A stretch of DNA of 64,000 nucleotides from an uncultured virus (IMG/VR IMGVR_UViG_3300042673_000573). Its lineage: Duplodnaviria; Heunggongvirae; Uroviricota; Caudoviricetes. Where the stretch lies: IMG/VR virus record IMGVR_UViG_3300042673_000573; one strand, written 5' to 3'. The notes under the pieces are model-generated. The model searched no databases and was not told the origin of the DNA. It saw nothing but the letters and a program-made list of their open reading frames with translations. Positions 8,245 to 16,418 of this stretch are shown here, one piece after another. Numbering within the stretch: position 1 is the stretch's first letter; the number at the start of each line of letters is the position of its first letter. The translations under genes were made by a program, and so were the position numbers.

Positions 8245-8520
8245 TTACTTCTTTGCTGCTGACTTCTTTACAGGAGCCTTCTTTTTTGCTGGCTGGCTTG
8301 CCAACTTCTTAAGTTCTGAATCTACAACATCTGCAACCAAACCAAATGCTGGATCATTTTTTCTAACTGCTCTTAGTGCTGGTCCTGCTACTGCAATTAA
8401 ACCTGCGACTAGCATTGACTTTATGTCAACGTTATTTCCAGATGCGTAATATGTAGCGCCTGCTGCAACAACAAATGCTCTTGCATAAGACTCTAGCATT
8501 GCTTTCATTTTTTCATTCAT
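8245..8520 (-). CDS. holin-like membrane protein
   Basis: Two hydrophobic segments and a basic AKKKAPVKK tail; SD AGGAGG. Confidence 0.55.
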   Translation of the reverse strand: MNEKMKAMLESYARAFVVAAGATYYASGNNVDIKSMLVAGLIAVAGPALRAVRKNDPAFGLVADVVDSELKKLASQPAKKKAPVKKSAAKK

Positions 8521-8530
8521 TTTATTCCTC

Positions 8531-8689
8531 CTAGGATATGAATTTTGTTAGTACTGTAAAACCAATCCATAAACCAATAATTCCTGCGACTCCCGCAAAA
8601 ACTGGTGGTGCTGGTACTGGCAATTTGAATGCAGCAAATACTACGCCACACCCAAAACCTGTTAGTATTGATAGGACAACATCTTTCAC
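8531..8689 (-). CDS. XapX-domain (DUF1427-like) small membrane protein
   Basis: Translated by hand: MKDVVLSILTGFGCGVVFAAFKLPVPAPPVFAGVAGIIGLWIG; LPxPAPP motif. Confidence 0.75.
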   Translation of the reverse strand: MKDVVLSILTGFGCGVVFAAFKLPVPAPPVFAGVAGIIGLWIGFTVLTKFIS

Positions 8690-8850
8690 TGGTATTCCTT
8701 TTCTGTTAACTCTTTATAATGGTTTAAGCATACATCAACAATCTTAGTTGATGCTCCGTATATTTTTTCTGCTTCAAGTTCACAACCCAAAACATGGCAA
8801 GAATAGAAAGCATCATATGCCAGATCTTCGTATGACTTAAATCTTATCAT
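8686..8850 (-). CDS. 54-aa Cys/His hypothetical protein
   Basis: Translated by hand; 4-nt overlaps with both neighbours. Confidence 0.55.
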   Translation of the reverse strand: MIRFKSYEDLAYDAFYSCHVLGCELEAEKIYGASTKIVDVCLNHYKELTEKEYQ

Positions 8851-9254
8851 GTATCTATTTTACCATAGTCTTCTGGTATTAGAGCCTTTATCTTTTTGTA
8901 CCCAACGACAAGCCTGTCGGTTGCCTCTTCAGAAATAATTGGAGGCTTATATGATTCAAGATATTCTATGTCTGGACCTACAATAGTAATAAAACTACTA
9001 ATCTCTTCTTGAACAGATTCGATATAAGCATAAGCCCAGTCTCTTGAATCTGAAACAAATTTTAAAAATCCATCACTCTCTTCTATTTTTTCAGCCTCTT
9101 GTGAAACTTTTTTTTCTAAAACAATATTGTAGTTAATAAAAGATTTCAGCAACTCTTCATTAAGTTTCATGTTAGCAAATCTTAAAGTTATATTATTAAG
9201 CATTAAAGAAAAAAATGCTACTGATACAATTGAAAAAATTATAAATTTTAACAT
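8847..9254 (-). CDS. membrane-anchored hypothetical protein
   Basis: N-terminal hydrophobic helix. Confidence 0.65.
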   Translation of the reverse strand: MLKFIIFSIVSVAFFSLMLNNITLRFANMKLNEELLKSFINYNIVLEKKVSQEAEKIEESDGFLKFVSDSRDWAYAYIESVQEEISSFITIVGPDIEYLESYKPPIISEEATDRLVVGYKKIKALIPEDYGKIDT

Positions 9255-9484
9255 TATTTCATTACCTCTCTGACCAATAAAACAATTGCTCCGTTGTCTT
9301 CAAGTGCTTTCTTAACTTTAACCATGTACTCTACTGCTGTTCTTTTATCTGCGTCAGGCAGTCTAAAGAATTCAACTTCGTCTGCCTGAACAGCAATGTA
9401 GTGTTCATGGTCAACAATTTTTAATTTAAAATCAATTGGGCATGTAACAGATCTAAATGCACGTTTCATTTCATTTGTATACAT
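9254..9484 (-). CDS. hypothetical protein
   Basis: Translationally coupled ORF. Confidence 0.65.
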   Translation of the reverse strand: MYTNEMKRAFRSVTCPIDFKLKIVDHEHYIAVQADEVEFFRLPDADKRTAVEYMVKVKKALEDNGAIVLLVREVMK

Positions 9485-10101
9485 TATTCTTTAACTCCAA
9501 AATTTCCCCACTTAGAATATCTTATCACACGATACTCTTCAATATCTGGGAGTATTGTTAGATGGTCCCAGGAATGTTTTGGAAGAGCCTTTGCTTTATC
9601 AATTGCTTCTTCTTTTGTTCTTGCTGCAACATCTACAGAGTACTCATCAATACACTGTGCCGTTACAGTAAATATTTTTTCTCCTTCAGATAAAATAATA
9701 TTTTTCTTAGAGAAACCAAATAAGTATTCTTTTGTAAGTCCTTTATGATTGCTTAAGATTCTATGATTTCTATCATTTGGAAATATAATAAAGTCTCCTG
9801 GGAAAATATCAACTGGACCATTAGAAAAATCTACCATGGCTTTTGATCCGTCTGGCCCATAGTAAACAACACATTTAACATTACTGTCTGGATTATCAGA
9901 TGAGGTTTGTGCCAGTGTCAAACTGTTAGGGTTTGCATATTTAGCATTTGCTGATCCAAAGATAATACCTCCATGCACTAAGAATAGCATCTCTACATCT
10001 TCTGGATTCATGTTGTCTAAGTCATACCCGTGCTTGCTTGGCAAGACGCCAACACAGTGTATTACTGGATCATTGCTTAGTTTGTTGTTAGTTGAGTCCA
10101 T
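9484..10101 (-). CDS. hypothetical protein, possibly a degenerate DSBH/oxygenase fold
   Basis: PGDFIIFP...H motif; SD GGGGAG before ATG 10101. Confidence 0.5.
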   Translation of the reverse strand: MDSTNNKLSNDPVIHCVGVLPSKHGYDLDNMNPEDVEMLFLVHGGIIFGSANAKYANPNSLTLAQTSSDNPDSNVKCVVYYGPDGSKAMVDFSNGPVDIFPGDFIIFPNDRNHRILSNHKGLTKEYLFGFSKKNIILSEGEKIFTVTAQCIDEYSVDVAARTKEEAIDKAKALPKHSWDHLTILPDIEEYRVIRYSKWGNFGVKE

Positions 10102-10358
10102 AATTCTCCCCAATTCTTTTTATCTTTGTGATTGTTAAACTCCCTGGATATTTTGCCTTCATCAAGGAAAACACCGCCCCACACTCCATACTCTTTGCCA
10201 CCAATTCCAGCAGCAAAGCACTCTCTTTTGACTGGGCATGCAAGGCATACCTTGTCTACGGCAGGCCTTAATACAACATCTTCCTCATATTTATCAAAGA
10301 ATATATTAGTATCATAATCAAGACATGCAGCATCGTCTTTCCAATAGAACTTTGGCAT
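10077..10358 (-). CDS. whiB: WhiB-family Fe-S transcription factor
   Basis: Four Cys (AAC, CLACPVKREC) plus the GVWGG turn. Confidence 0.93.
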   Translation of the reverse strand: MPKFYWKDDAACLDYDTNIFFDKYEEDVVLRPAVDKVCLACPVKRECFAAGIGGKEYGVWGGVFLDEGKISREFNNHKDKKNWGELWTQLTTN

Positions 10359-10361
10359 AAT

Positions 10362-10571
10362 CTACCTCACATACTTGTCAGGTATATCCCATCCATTTTC
10401 TGAAACGCTAAAGACTTTTTTAAGATTCCACTTACCATTTTGATAAGCGCCATACTTTGATGTTGCTCCTTTTTCTGATGGATATAGTTCAACTACATTC
10501 CATCCATCCCAAGACAAAACCTTGTTTTTATTTACAAGATCTTCCATTTCTTCTAATGATTTGATATTCAT
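10362..10571 (-). CDS. hypothetical phage protein
   Basis: Coupled ORF with LSWDGW motif. Confidence 0.6.
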   Translation of the reverse strand: MNIKSLEEMEDLVNKNKVLSWDGWNVVELYPSEKGATSKYGAYQNGKWNLKKVFSVSENGWDIPDKYVR

Positions 10572-11704
10572 TTCTTGCTCCATCCTTTAGGACATGCAGG
10601 ACTATATCCGTATATAGTTCTCTGATACTTTGCTTTAGTACATACAATCTTAACACGTTTCTGTGCAGATTGCAATACTGGCTTTGGGTTTATTACTTCT
10701 GTTGCAACGACTTCTTGCTTTACTACTGGAATAGGTGTTGGAGTTGGTGTTGCAACAACTACTGGTTTTTGTTCAAACAATATTCTTTGAGATAAATATT
10801 TTTCTGCATCACTAAAAATATTTTGATGCCCAGCAATTGTATAATATGTCGCACCTACAACACTGAGTTCAAATGGATCTGTCCATCTTGGTGAAGAAGG
10901 TTCTACATTACCTGCTACTGGACCTTGTGCAGCCCCTGCAGCCCCTACATAGACCCACTCTGTGCCAATCTTAATCCATAGTGGAGACCCAGAGTCTCCG
11001 CCACCATGAAAGACTCCTCTTGGTAGAACTGTTTGAACAAGTCCATAGGGATTATCTTTTGACCATTGCTCTACCTTTTTACCTGCACAACAAAAATTAG
11101 TTCTTGTTACCGCTTCTGACTTAGTTGGCTTGCCGTCTTGTCCAATCCCACTCTTTGCATTTTGCCAGTCTTGCTCACTTTTAAGACCATACCCAATAGC
11201 AAGAACAGAAGTTGAAATGTTTTTCATTAACAAGATTTCTTCTTTAGTTGCATATCTAAATGTTTTATTACTTAGTTCTTTATCTAAAATTAATATTGCT
11301 ACATCACTCATTCCAGCATTACAGTCCGTGCCTTCGCACATAGAGTCTGTATAGGTTTCTGGAACATACTGAGCAAGAACCTTTGCCTTATTTGAAGTTC
11401 CACCCTTTGGAATATCTACGCCAGGAGCAGAGACATATAGTTCTGATGTAATTGGCAATTCACCATTCAAATGTTTTTCTTTTGAGAAAACTCCACCATC
11501 AATTCTTATTACGCAGTGGCCAGCAGTTGCAACAATTCTTGGTGCAATCAAAGCCCCAGAGCAATGTCTCTGTGAGTTTTGACCAAATATGATCCCTACA
11601 ACTCTTTCATCTCCCAATGCGTCCTGACCATTTTGCATGGCGTAAGCATTTGTGGATACAGTAAACGAAAATACAACAAGCAATGCTACAATAATTTTTT
11701 TCAT
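10568..11704 (-). CDS. secreted trypsin-like (S1) serine protease
   Basis: Signal peptide; TAGHC, SDVAIL, GDSGSP catalytic triad; TP linker; Cys-pair basic tail. Confidence 0.9.
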   Translation of the reverse strand: MKKIIVALLVVFSFTVSTNAYAMQNGQDALGDERVVGIIFGQNSQRHCSGALIAPRIVATAGHCVIRIDGGVFSKEKHLNGELPITSELYVSAPGVDIPKGGTSNKAKVLAQYVPETYTDSMCEGTDCNAGMSDVAILILDKELSNKTFRYATKEEILLMKNISTSVLAIGYGLKSEQDWQNAKSGIGQDGKPTKSEAVTRTNFCCAGKKVEQWSKDNPYGLVQTVLPRGVFHGGGDSGSPLWIKIGTEWVYVGAAGAAQGPVAGNVEPSSPRWTDPFELSVVGATYYTIAGHQNIFSDAEKYLSQRILFEQKPVVVATPTPTPIPVVKQEVVATEVINPKPVLQSAQKRVKIVCTKAKYQRTIYGYSPACPKGWSKK

Positions 11705-11715
11705 ATCTACCTTAA

Positions 11716-12066
11716 TTAATAACTGAATAAGTCAGACTCAATATTTTTGAGTTTTGCTGTTTTTAAAAGTGTTGGTGCAGGTTCAGATCCTGAAGAAAGA
11801 AAAGCACAATAGTCTACTTGCTCTATGTTTTCTTCTATCCAGGATGGGGCAACTTTAAAAAATTTGATCTTTCTTTTTCTTGCCTTCATTCCACGCTCTG
11901 ATAGGTTTACAAACTCAGACACCATGTCATTTACTTTTCCTGGGCCAGCAGAGTATATATAAAATTCTCTATCAGTTTCAGATAGATTAGACATAGCAAC
12001 ACCCATTGACCGCAAGAATACCTGATAGTCATGAAACGTATTAGTTCCTTGGACCGCCACTATCAT
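11716..12066 (-). CDS. hypothetical protein, possibly SLOG/YspA (DUF2493)-like
   Basis: MIVAVQGTNTFHDY resembles the SLOG N-terminus. Confidence 0.5.
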   Translation of the reverse strand: MIVAVQGTNTFHDYQVFLRSMGVAMSNLSETDREFYIYSAGPGKVNDMVSEFVNLSERGMKARKRKIKFFKVAPSWIEENIEQVDYCAFLSSGSEPAPTLLKTAKLKNIESDLFSY

Positions 12067-12460
12067 CTGTTTTCCCATCTCTAAGTTTGTCCATTATGAA
12101 CAACATCTTATCTAATTGTACCTTACTCATACTCATCGTGTCAACTATCTTTGCAGACTCACGATCTATGTTTGCCCCGTCTATATCAGCAACATAAAAA
12201 GCGCCATCTCTAATAAAATAAGCCTTGTTTTCTAATATGATTACTTTTATATTTGTTCTTTCTTCATGAATACTGGACTGAGTAGGCTTTCTTTTTTTAA
12301 AAATATCATGTGCTGGAAGAAGTGGTTTTACTATTGAATAGATATGTGATTGACTATATCTAAAAGGATTACTTCTCTTACCAACATGTCTATCTTTAAC
12401 CATCTGAGTAGTTAAAAACATGAGGATAAATGTAGTAATTGATCCAATAAAATATTCCAC
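12041..12460 (-). CDS. membrane-anchored hypothetical protein
   Basis: N-terminal hydrophobic segment; SD GGGAG plus GTG. Confidence 0.65.
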   Translation of the reverse strand: MEYFIGSITTFILMFLTTQMVKDRHVGKRSNPFRYSQSHIYSIVKPLLPAHDIFKKRKPTQSSIHEERTNIKVIILENKAYFIRDGAFYVADIDGANIDRESAKIVDTMSMSKVQLDKMLFIMDKLRDGKTDDSGGPRN

Positions 12461-12472
12461 TATTCTCCCAAA

Positions 12473-12814
12473 TTATTCTTTATCTAAGGCAAAGATTCTT
12501 ATTAATTCTTTTAATGTGTACTGTCTATCTTTACTTAACTTTGCAATAGCATTTTGATCTAAGGCTTTTTGAGTTAGTCTTATAATAGGATTTTTTTCTG
12601 TAACATCCATCTCCAAAAAACCTTCTTCCCAAAGAGCCATAGTCTCTTGTGAAAAATATGTAGAAATTTCTGTGTGTAGTTCTGGACTAACATCAATAAG
12701 TTTCTCTGTAAAATTATACAGAGGCTCTCCAGTTTCCATATCTATACCAGCAACCTCTAAGGCTCCATTTAGAATTAGTTGCTCAATAGCATCATCTTCA
12801 TCTTTAAAGTTCAC
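12473..12814 (-). CDS. hypothetical protein (paralog of 12811-13035)
   Basis: Shared LxLxGAxExxGIDxxTGExLY motif. Confidence 0.7.
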   Translation of the reverse strand: MNFKDEDDAIEQLILNGALEVAGIDMETGEPLYNFTEKLIDVSPELHTEISTYFSQETMALWEEGFLEMDVTEKNPIIRLTQKALDQNAIAKLSKDRQYTLKELIRIFALDKE

Positions 12815-13035
12815 GCTCTAAGTCTCCAAGTCATTCGTGTTGGCCCTTGATCTATAAGTTTAAACATATGATGTTCATACTGATCTTTTAATTGTTCATA
12901 TACACCAGGACTTACCTCTTTTAACTTATCGGTTATTGTGTACAACATTTCTCCAGTTTGCTCATCTATGCCCTGAAATTCTACGGCACCTTGAAGAAGC
13001 AAATGCTCAAGCATTGCATCTGTTTGTAAACTCAT
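12811..13035 (-). CDS. hypothetical protein (paralog of 12473-12814)
   Basis: Same shared motif. Confidence 0.7.
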   Translation of the reverse strand: MSLQTDAMLEHLLLQGAVEFQGIDEQTGEMLYTITDKLKEVSPGVYEQLKDQYEHHMFKLIDQGPTRMTWRLRA

Positions 13036-13442
13036 TATTTTCCTGACTTGGCTCTTGCCTTAGCAAGTGCCTTAAAGTCCTTAACCTTGGTATCTCCAAG
13101 GTATCCCCATGCATAACCATCATTAATCATCATATCGTTAAGAGATACTGTGTTTCCATCTACATATACCCAGCCTAAAATACGACCATACTTTTCAGAT
13201 GAGTCCATCTTCTCAGTCTTGATCACAACAGACTTAGCATCCTTTAAAGACTTCTTTAGGTACTCCTTGGCTTCAAGTCCAAGAGCCTTCTCTGCAAGAT
13301 CCTTTGTGCGAGACTCAGGGGTATCAATACCAGCCAATCTAACACGGGATGCAAACAAGATATCAAACCCTAAATCAATAAGAACGTCAATGGTATCTCC
13401 ATCTACTACGTTCTCTACTTTTCTTACATAGTATTCATACAT
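13035..13442 (-). CDS. staphylococcal nuclease (SNase/thermonuclease) family
   Basis: VVDGDT, VRLAGIDTPE, KYGRIL. Confidence 0.92.
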   Translation of the reverse strand: MYEYYVRKVENVVDGDTIDVLIDLGFDILFASRVRLAGIDTPESRTKDLAEKALGLEAKEYLKKSLKDAKSVVIKTEKMDSSEKYGRILGWVYVDGNTVSLNDMMINDGYAWGYLGDTKVKDFKALAKARAKSGK

Positions 13443-13645
13443 TATTTTCTCCCCCATTTAACTTTATTCCAACCACGCTCATGGAAGTAATAAAGGATTG
13501 TCTTTGTAAATACCTCGAAACTTGCGATTGCACCAGCCGTAACTGGCTCTTTGGTTATTGCCCAAGATATTACAAAAGTGTCTGCCGTGCCTATTATACG
13601 CCAAGTGATTGCTTTTAATGCTGATCTTTGTTTGGTTACATTCAT
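13442..13645 (-). CDS. DUF2061-like membrane protein
   Basis: RSALKAITWRIIG...YYFHERGW. Confidence 0.85.
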   Translation of the reverse strand: MNVTKQRSALKAITWRIIGTADTFVISWAITKEPVTAGAIASFEVFTKTILYYFHERGWNKVKWGRK

Positions 13646-13690
13646 GATGGCCACTCAATGTTACTTGGCTTAGTAATGAAGTTCCAGACT

Positions 13691-14458
13691 TTAGATGCCC
13701 ATCTCTTTACGTTTTTGCGTAGCCGATATAGCATGAATGTCTGCCCCCAAATCTACTTGTTCAATCTTATAACCTACATCACGACCATAAACAATGTTAG
13801 TAATGTTAGGTACCTTAATTACATTTGCTGTTGGCATATCTTTCTGAATAAAATTTCGAACCTGCTCAAAGTGTAAAGGATCTTTTTCAGTCATTCCAAC
13901 TGTATGTCGAACTCCTATTACAACCTGTGTATTTCTCTTTGCTGCCTCATCAAAAAGAGCACGATGGCCTTCATGCCATGGTTGGTAGCGACCAAGAAGA
14001 AGAACGGTGTTTTCTTTCCAATCAAACATCCCAAACTTTCTGATAACTGTTATTGCTCGTGTTGCAATAGCATCTTCGTGATCATCTCCAGTTACAACAA
14101 TTCTATGGTCATAATGCTCTGGATCTTCCCAAAGTTTATTGGTGTCATCAAAGCGACCCTCTTTAATTGTGTCTACCCAAACAACTACATCTGCTTCTCC
14201 AAATGCCTTGCGTGTTTCCTCTGTTGGACAAACAAAGTCTACAAGAACTGGCTTGTCCTGAATTTGCTCAAGAAGTCTTGCAAGTTCTCCCATGCGTCGT
14301 GCTTGTTCTACTCTGTCTTCTGGACTAAAGCCAAGATCTTTATTTAATCCAGCACGAACCTGATCTGCGTTGATATGAATTGCGTTGGTTCTGTCTCTGA
14401 CAGCGTCTGCAATCGTTGTCTTGCCAGAGCCTGGAAGACCAAGGAATTGTATAATCAT
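13691..14458 (-). CDS. cysC: adenylyl-sulfate kinase fused to a HIGH-type nucleotidyltransferase domain
   Basis: GLPGSGKTT, ADQVR.GLNKDLGFSPEDR; C-terminal GRYQPWHEGH...ISATQKR. Confidence 0.8.
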   Translation of the reverse strand: MIIQFLGLPGSGKTTIADAVRDRTNAIHINADQVRAGLNKDLGFSPEDRVEQARRMGELARLLEQIQDKPVLVDFVCPTEETRKAFGEADVVVWVDTIKEGRFDDTNKLWEDPEHYDHRIVVTGDDHEDAIATRAITVIRKFGMFDWKENTVLLLGRYQPWHEGHRALFDEAAKRNTQVVIGVRHTVGMTEKDPLHFEQVRNFIQKDMPTANVIKVPNITNIVYGRDVGYKIEQVDLGADIHAISATQKRKEMGI

Positions 14459-15021
14459 TTGTTACTCTTTTCTATTGTTTGGTTTGGAACTATGTCAAAA
14501 ATAAGATGAATTCTATCTTGTGAACCATTGTTCTCTACAGAATGAACCTTTGCATTATTAATTTCCCAACACTCTCCTTCTTGCATTCTAACGGTTTCTC
14601 CATTTACGGTAAACTCTGTAAGACCATCAGAAGATATAGGCAAGTGGTGTCTTCTTGAGTTTAGCAAGTAGTAGCCACTATCTGAATGCTTTGGTATTGA
14701 TTTTCCATTAGGAAGTTTTACAAGTAGTGCTTGTCCAACTGTTCCATTATGTATTTTTTGAAAATCAAAAATTATTGGATCTATAAGAGTCTTTAACTCT
14801 GTATCATCTAAAACCTCAGAAACCTGATATGGTGTTTGACCATCCCAGCCTAAATCGGTTTTGTACAAGAATATAGACTTTGTTTCTTTGTGTGTTGAAA
14901 ACCTTTGTCTTGAAGTATCTGCATCCCATTCAGAAGAATATCTAGTAATATAGTTTTTGATTTGAGATATGTCGTATTTTTTGTGCAGCAAAAGATTAAA
15001 TGTTTCAGAAACTTTATTCAT
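14455..15021 (-). CDS. aspartyl/asparaginyl beta-hydroxylase family oxygenase
   Basis: IPKHSD, RHHLPI, WEINN..HSVEN....RIHLIFD. Confidence 0.85.
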   Translation of the reverse strand: MNKVSETFNLLLHKKYDISQIKNYITRYSSEWDADTSRQRFSTHKETKSIFLYKTDLGWDGQTPYQVSEVLDDTELKTLIDPIIFDFQKIHNGTVGQALLVKLPNGKSIPKHSDSGYYLLNSRRHHLPISSDGLTEFTVNGETVRMQEGECWEINNAKVHSVENNGSQDRIHLIFDIVPNQTIEKSNK

Positions 15022-15035
15022 TTGCTCTCCAGACT

Positions 15036-15263
15036 TTACTCTAGTTTTGATCGTTCGTCTAATATAGTTATTGCAAATTCCATCATTTTTTTGTAGCCGA
15101 CAGAATTATCCATAATCTTATTATAATGATGTCCGCAAAACATTAAATCGCCTAGTAGGCCAGTGACTTGTACAAGGGCCTCAGCATTACACCTATCGCA
15201 TCTATCAAGAGGAGATAAAGTCCACTGCTTTGCTTCTACTACTTCATCAATCATCGTATTCAT
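15036..15263 (-). CDS. small Zn-finger hypothetical protein
   Basis: DRCDRC...LMFCGHH; start uncertain. Confidence 0.65.
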   Translation of the reverse strand: MNTMIDEVVEAKQWTLSPLDRCDRCNAEALVQVTGLLGDLMFCGHHYNKIMDNSVGYKKMMEFAITILDERSKLE

Positions 15264-15264
15264 A

Positions 15265-15450
15265 TTATACCCTTCGATTATCAGTGGAATAAAATCCACT
15301 ACCGTTAAAAACTGCTCCTACATTAGAGTATACACGAGTTAGATCAGTATTGCAAGTATCACACTTGTAACCTGGGTCGTCCTCTGAAATTGATCGCTGT
15401 TTAATAAAGTTATCATTGCAAGTACTGCAATTATATTCATAAATAGCCAT
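15265..15450 (-). CDS. FmdB-family zinc ribbon protein
   Basis: MAIYEYNC..C...C..C...FNGSGFYSTD. Confidence 0.88.
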   Translation of the reverse strand: MAIYEYNCSTCNDNFIKQRSISEDDPGYKCDTCNTDLTRVYSNVGAVFNGSGFYSTDNRRV

Positions 15451-15453
15451 AGA

Positions 15454-15561
15454 TTATTTCTTCTTTTTTGCTTTTACTGTCCAGATTGGTGCATTGAGAT
15501 TATCTCCACCCCATTCATAACCTAAAGCCTTTACAACAAATCTAATAATTTTGATACGCAT
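15454..15561 (-). CDS. 35-aa basic hypothetical protein
   Basis: Translated by hand: MRIKIIRFVVKALGYEWGG...; coupled via TAATG. Confidence 0.55.
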   Translation of the reverse strand: MRIKIIRFVVKALGYEWGGDNLNAPIWTVKAKKKK

Positions 15562-15761
15562 TATTTTACCTTACTTCCAAACTTAGCCCAAACTCTTTCA
15601 TGTAAGAAGTATCCAAGTGCTTCCCAGCCAATATAAATAAGAGCGCCAAGACTTGCATACTCCCATTCACCAGTAAATAAATATATTACTCCAGCAACTC
15701 CAACAAGGTGAAATGTTTCCCAACTTGCTGTCTTTAGTAGCGTTCTCTTTGTTGACTCCAT
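15561..15761 (-). CDS. DUF2061-like membrane protein (second copy)
   Basis: KRTLLKTASW...YFLHERVW. Confidence 0.8.
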   Translation of the reverse strand: MESTKRTLLKTASWETFHLVGVAGVIYLFTGEWEYASLGALIYIGWEALGYFLHERVWAKFGSKVK

Positions 15762-16382
15762 TTACTTTGCCTTCTTAACTGCTGGCTTCTTTGCAGGAGC
15801 CTTCTTAGCAACTGGTGCTGGGGATTCAGGTGTTACAGATGCTGCGATCTTATTTAGTAGTGGAGCATTTTCTTCACCAGCATAAACTGGTCTACCCCAA
15901 CCAACTACAGCATTAATTAACTTCTTCTTATTATTTTTTACATAACCACGAGTCTTCTCAACGCACATTCCACCATTGCGCTGATCTCCCTTTGCAGTTC
16001 CTGAAGTGTTTCCTTCAATAACTTGGATTGTTCCATCACCATTATTCTTAATGCAAAGACCAACATGTGAAATACGATTTACACCATCATCTGGGAAATC
16101 AAAATAAATCCAGTCTCCTGCTTGTGGATCATCATTACGGGCGTCTGACCAACGACCTTCCTTTTTAAACTGATCTGATGCTGCTACTGTTGATGCAGAC
16201 TTTGGAAACTTTGCTACGCCTGCAGTATGTGCACACCAAGAAACGAACGATTGGCACCATGGTTGGAAATTAACCTTCATCCATGCACCATACTTTGTTT
16301 CATTATCCTTTGGGCCTTCAATTGTGCCCACTTCTTTCTTTGCAACTTCAATGATTGCTTCTAAACTACCTTTTACTGCCAT
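15762..16382 (-). CDS. endolysin, CHAP/NlpC-P60-type peptidoglycan hydrolase
   Basis: PWCQSFVSW, SHVG, IEGNT; SD AAGGAGG. Confidence 0.85.
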   Translation of the reverse strand: MAVKGSLEAIIEVAKKEVGTIEGPKDNETKYGAWMKVNFQPWCQSFVSWCAHTAGVAKFPKSASTVAASDQFKKEGRWSDARNDDPQAGDWIYFDFPDDGVNRISHVGLCIKNNGDGTIQVIEGNTSGTAKGDQRNGGMCVEKTRGYVKNNKKKLINAVVGWGRPVYAGEENAPLLNKIAASVTPESPAPVAKKAPAKKPAVKKAK

Positions 16383-16418
16383 GTTTGCCTCCTTTAAGGA
16401 CATATCTATTATACCAGT

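Noticed and set aside
13642..13734. 30-aa minus-strand ORF (MLYRLRKNVKRWASK...) overlapping the cysC end and coupled to DUF2061
   Set aside because: No SD and mostly overlapping; could be real but cannot be supported from sequence alone.
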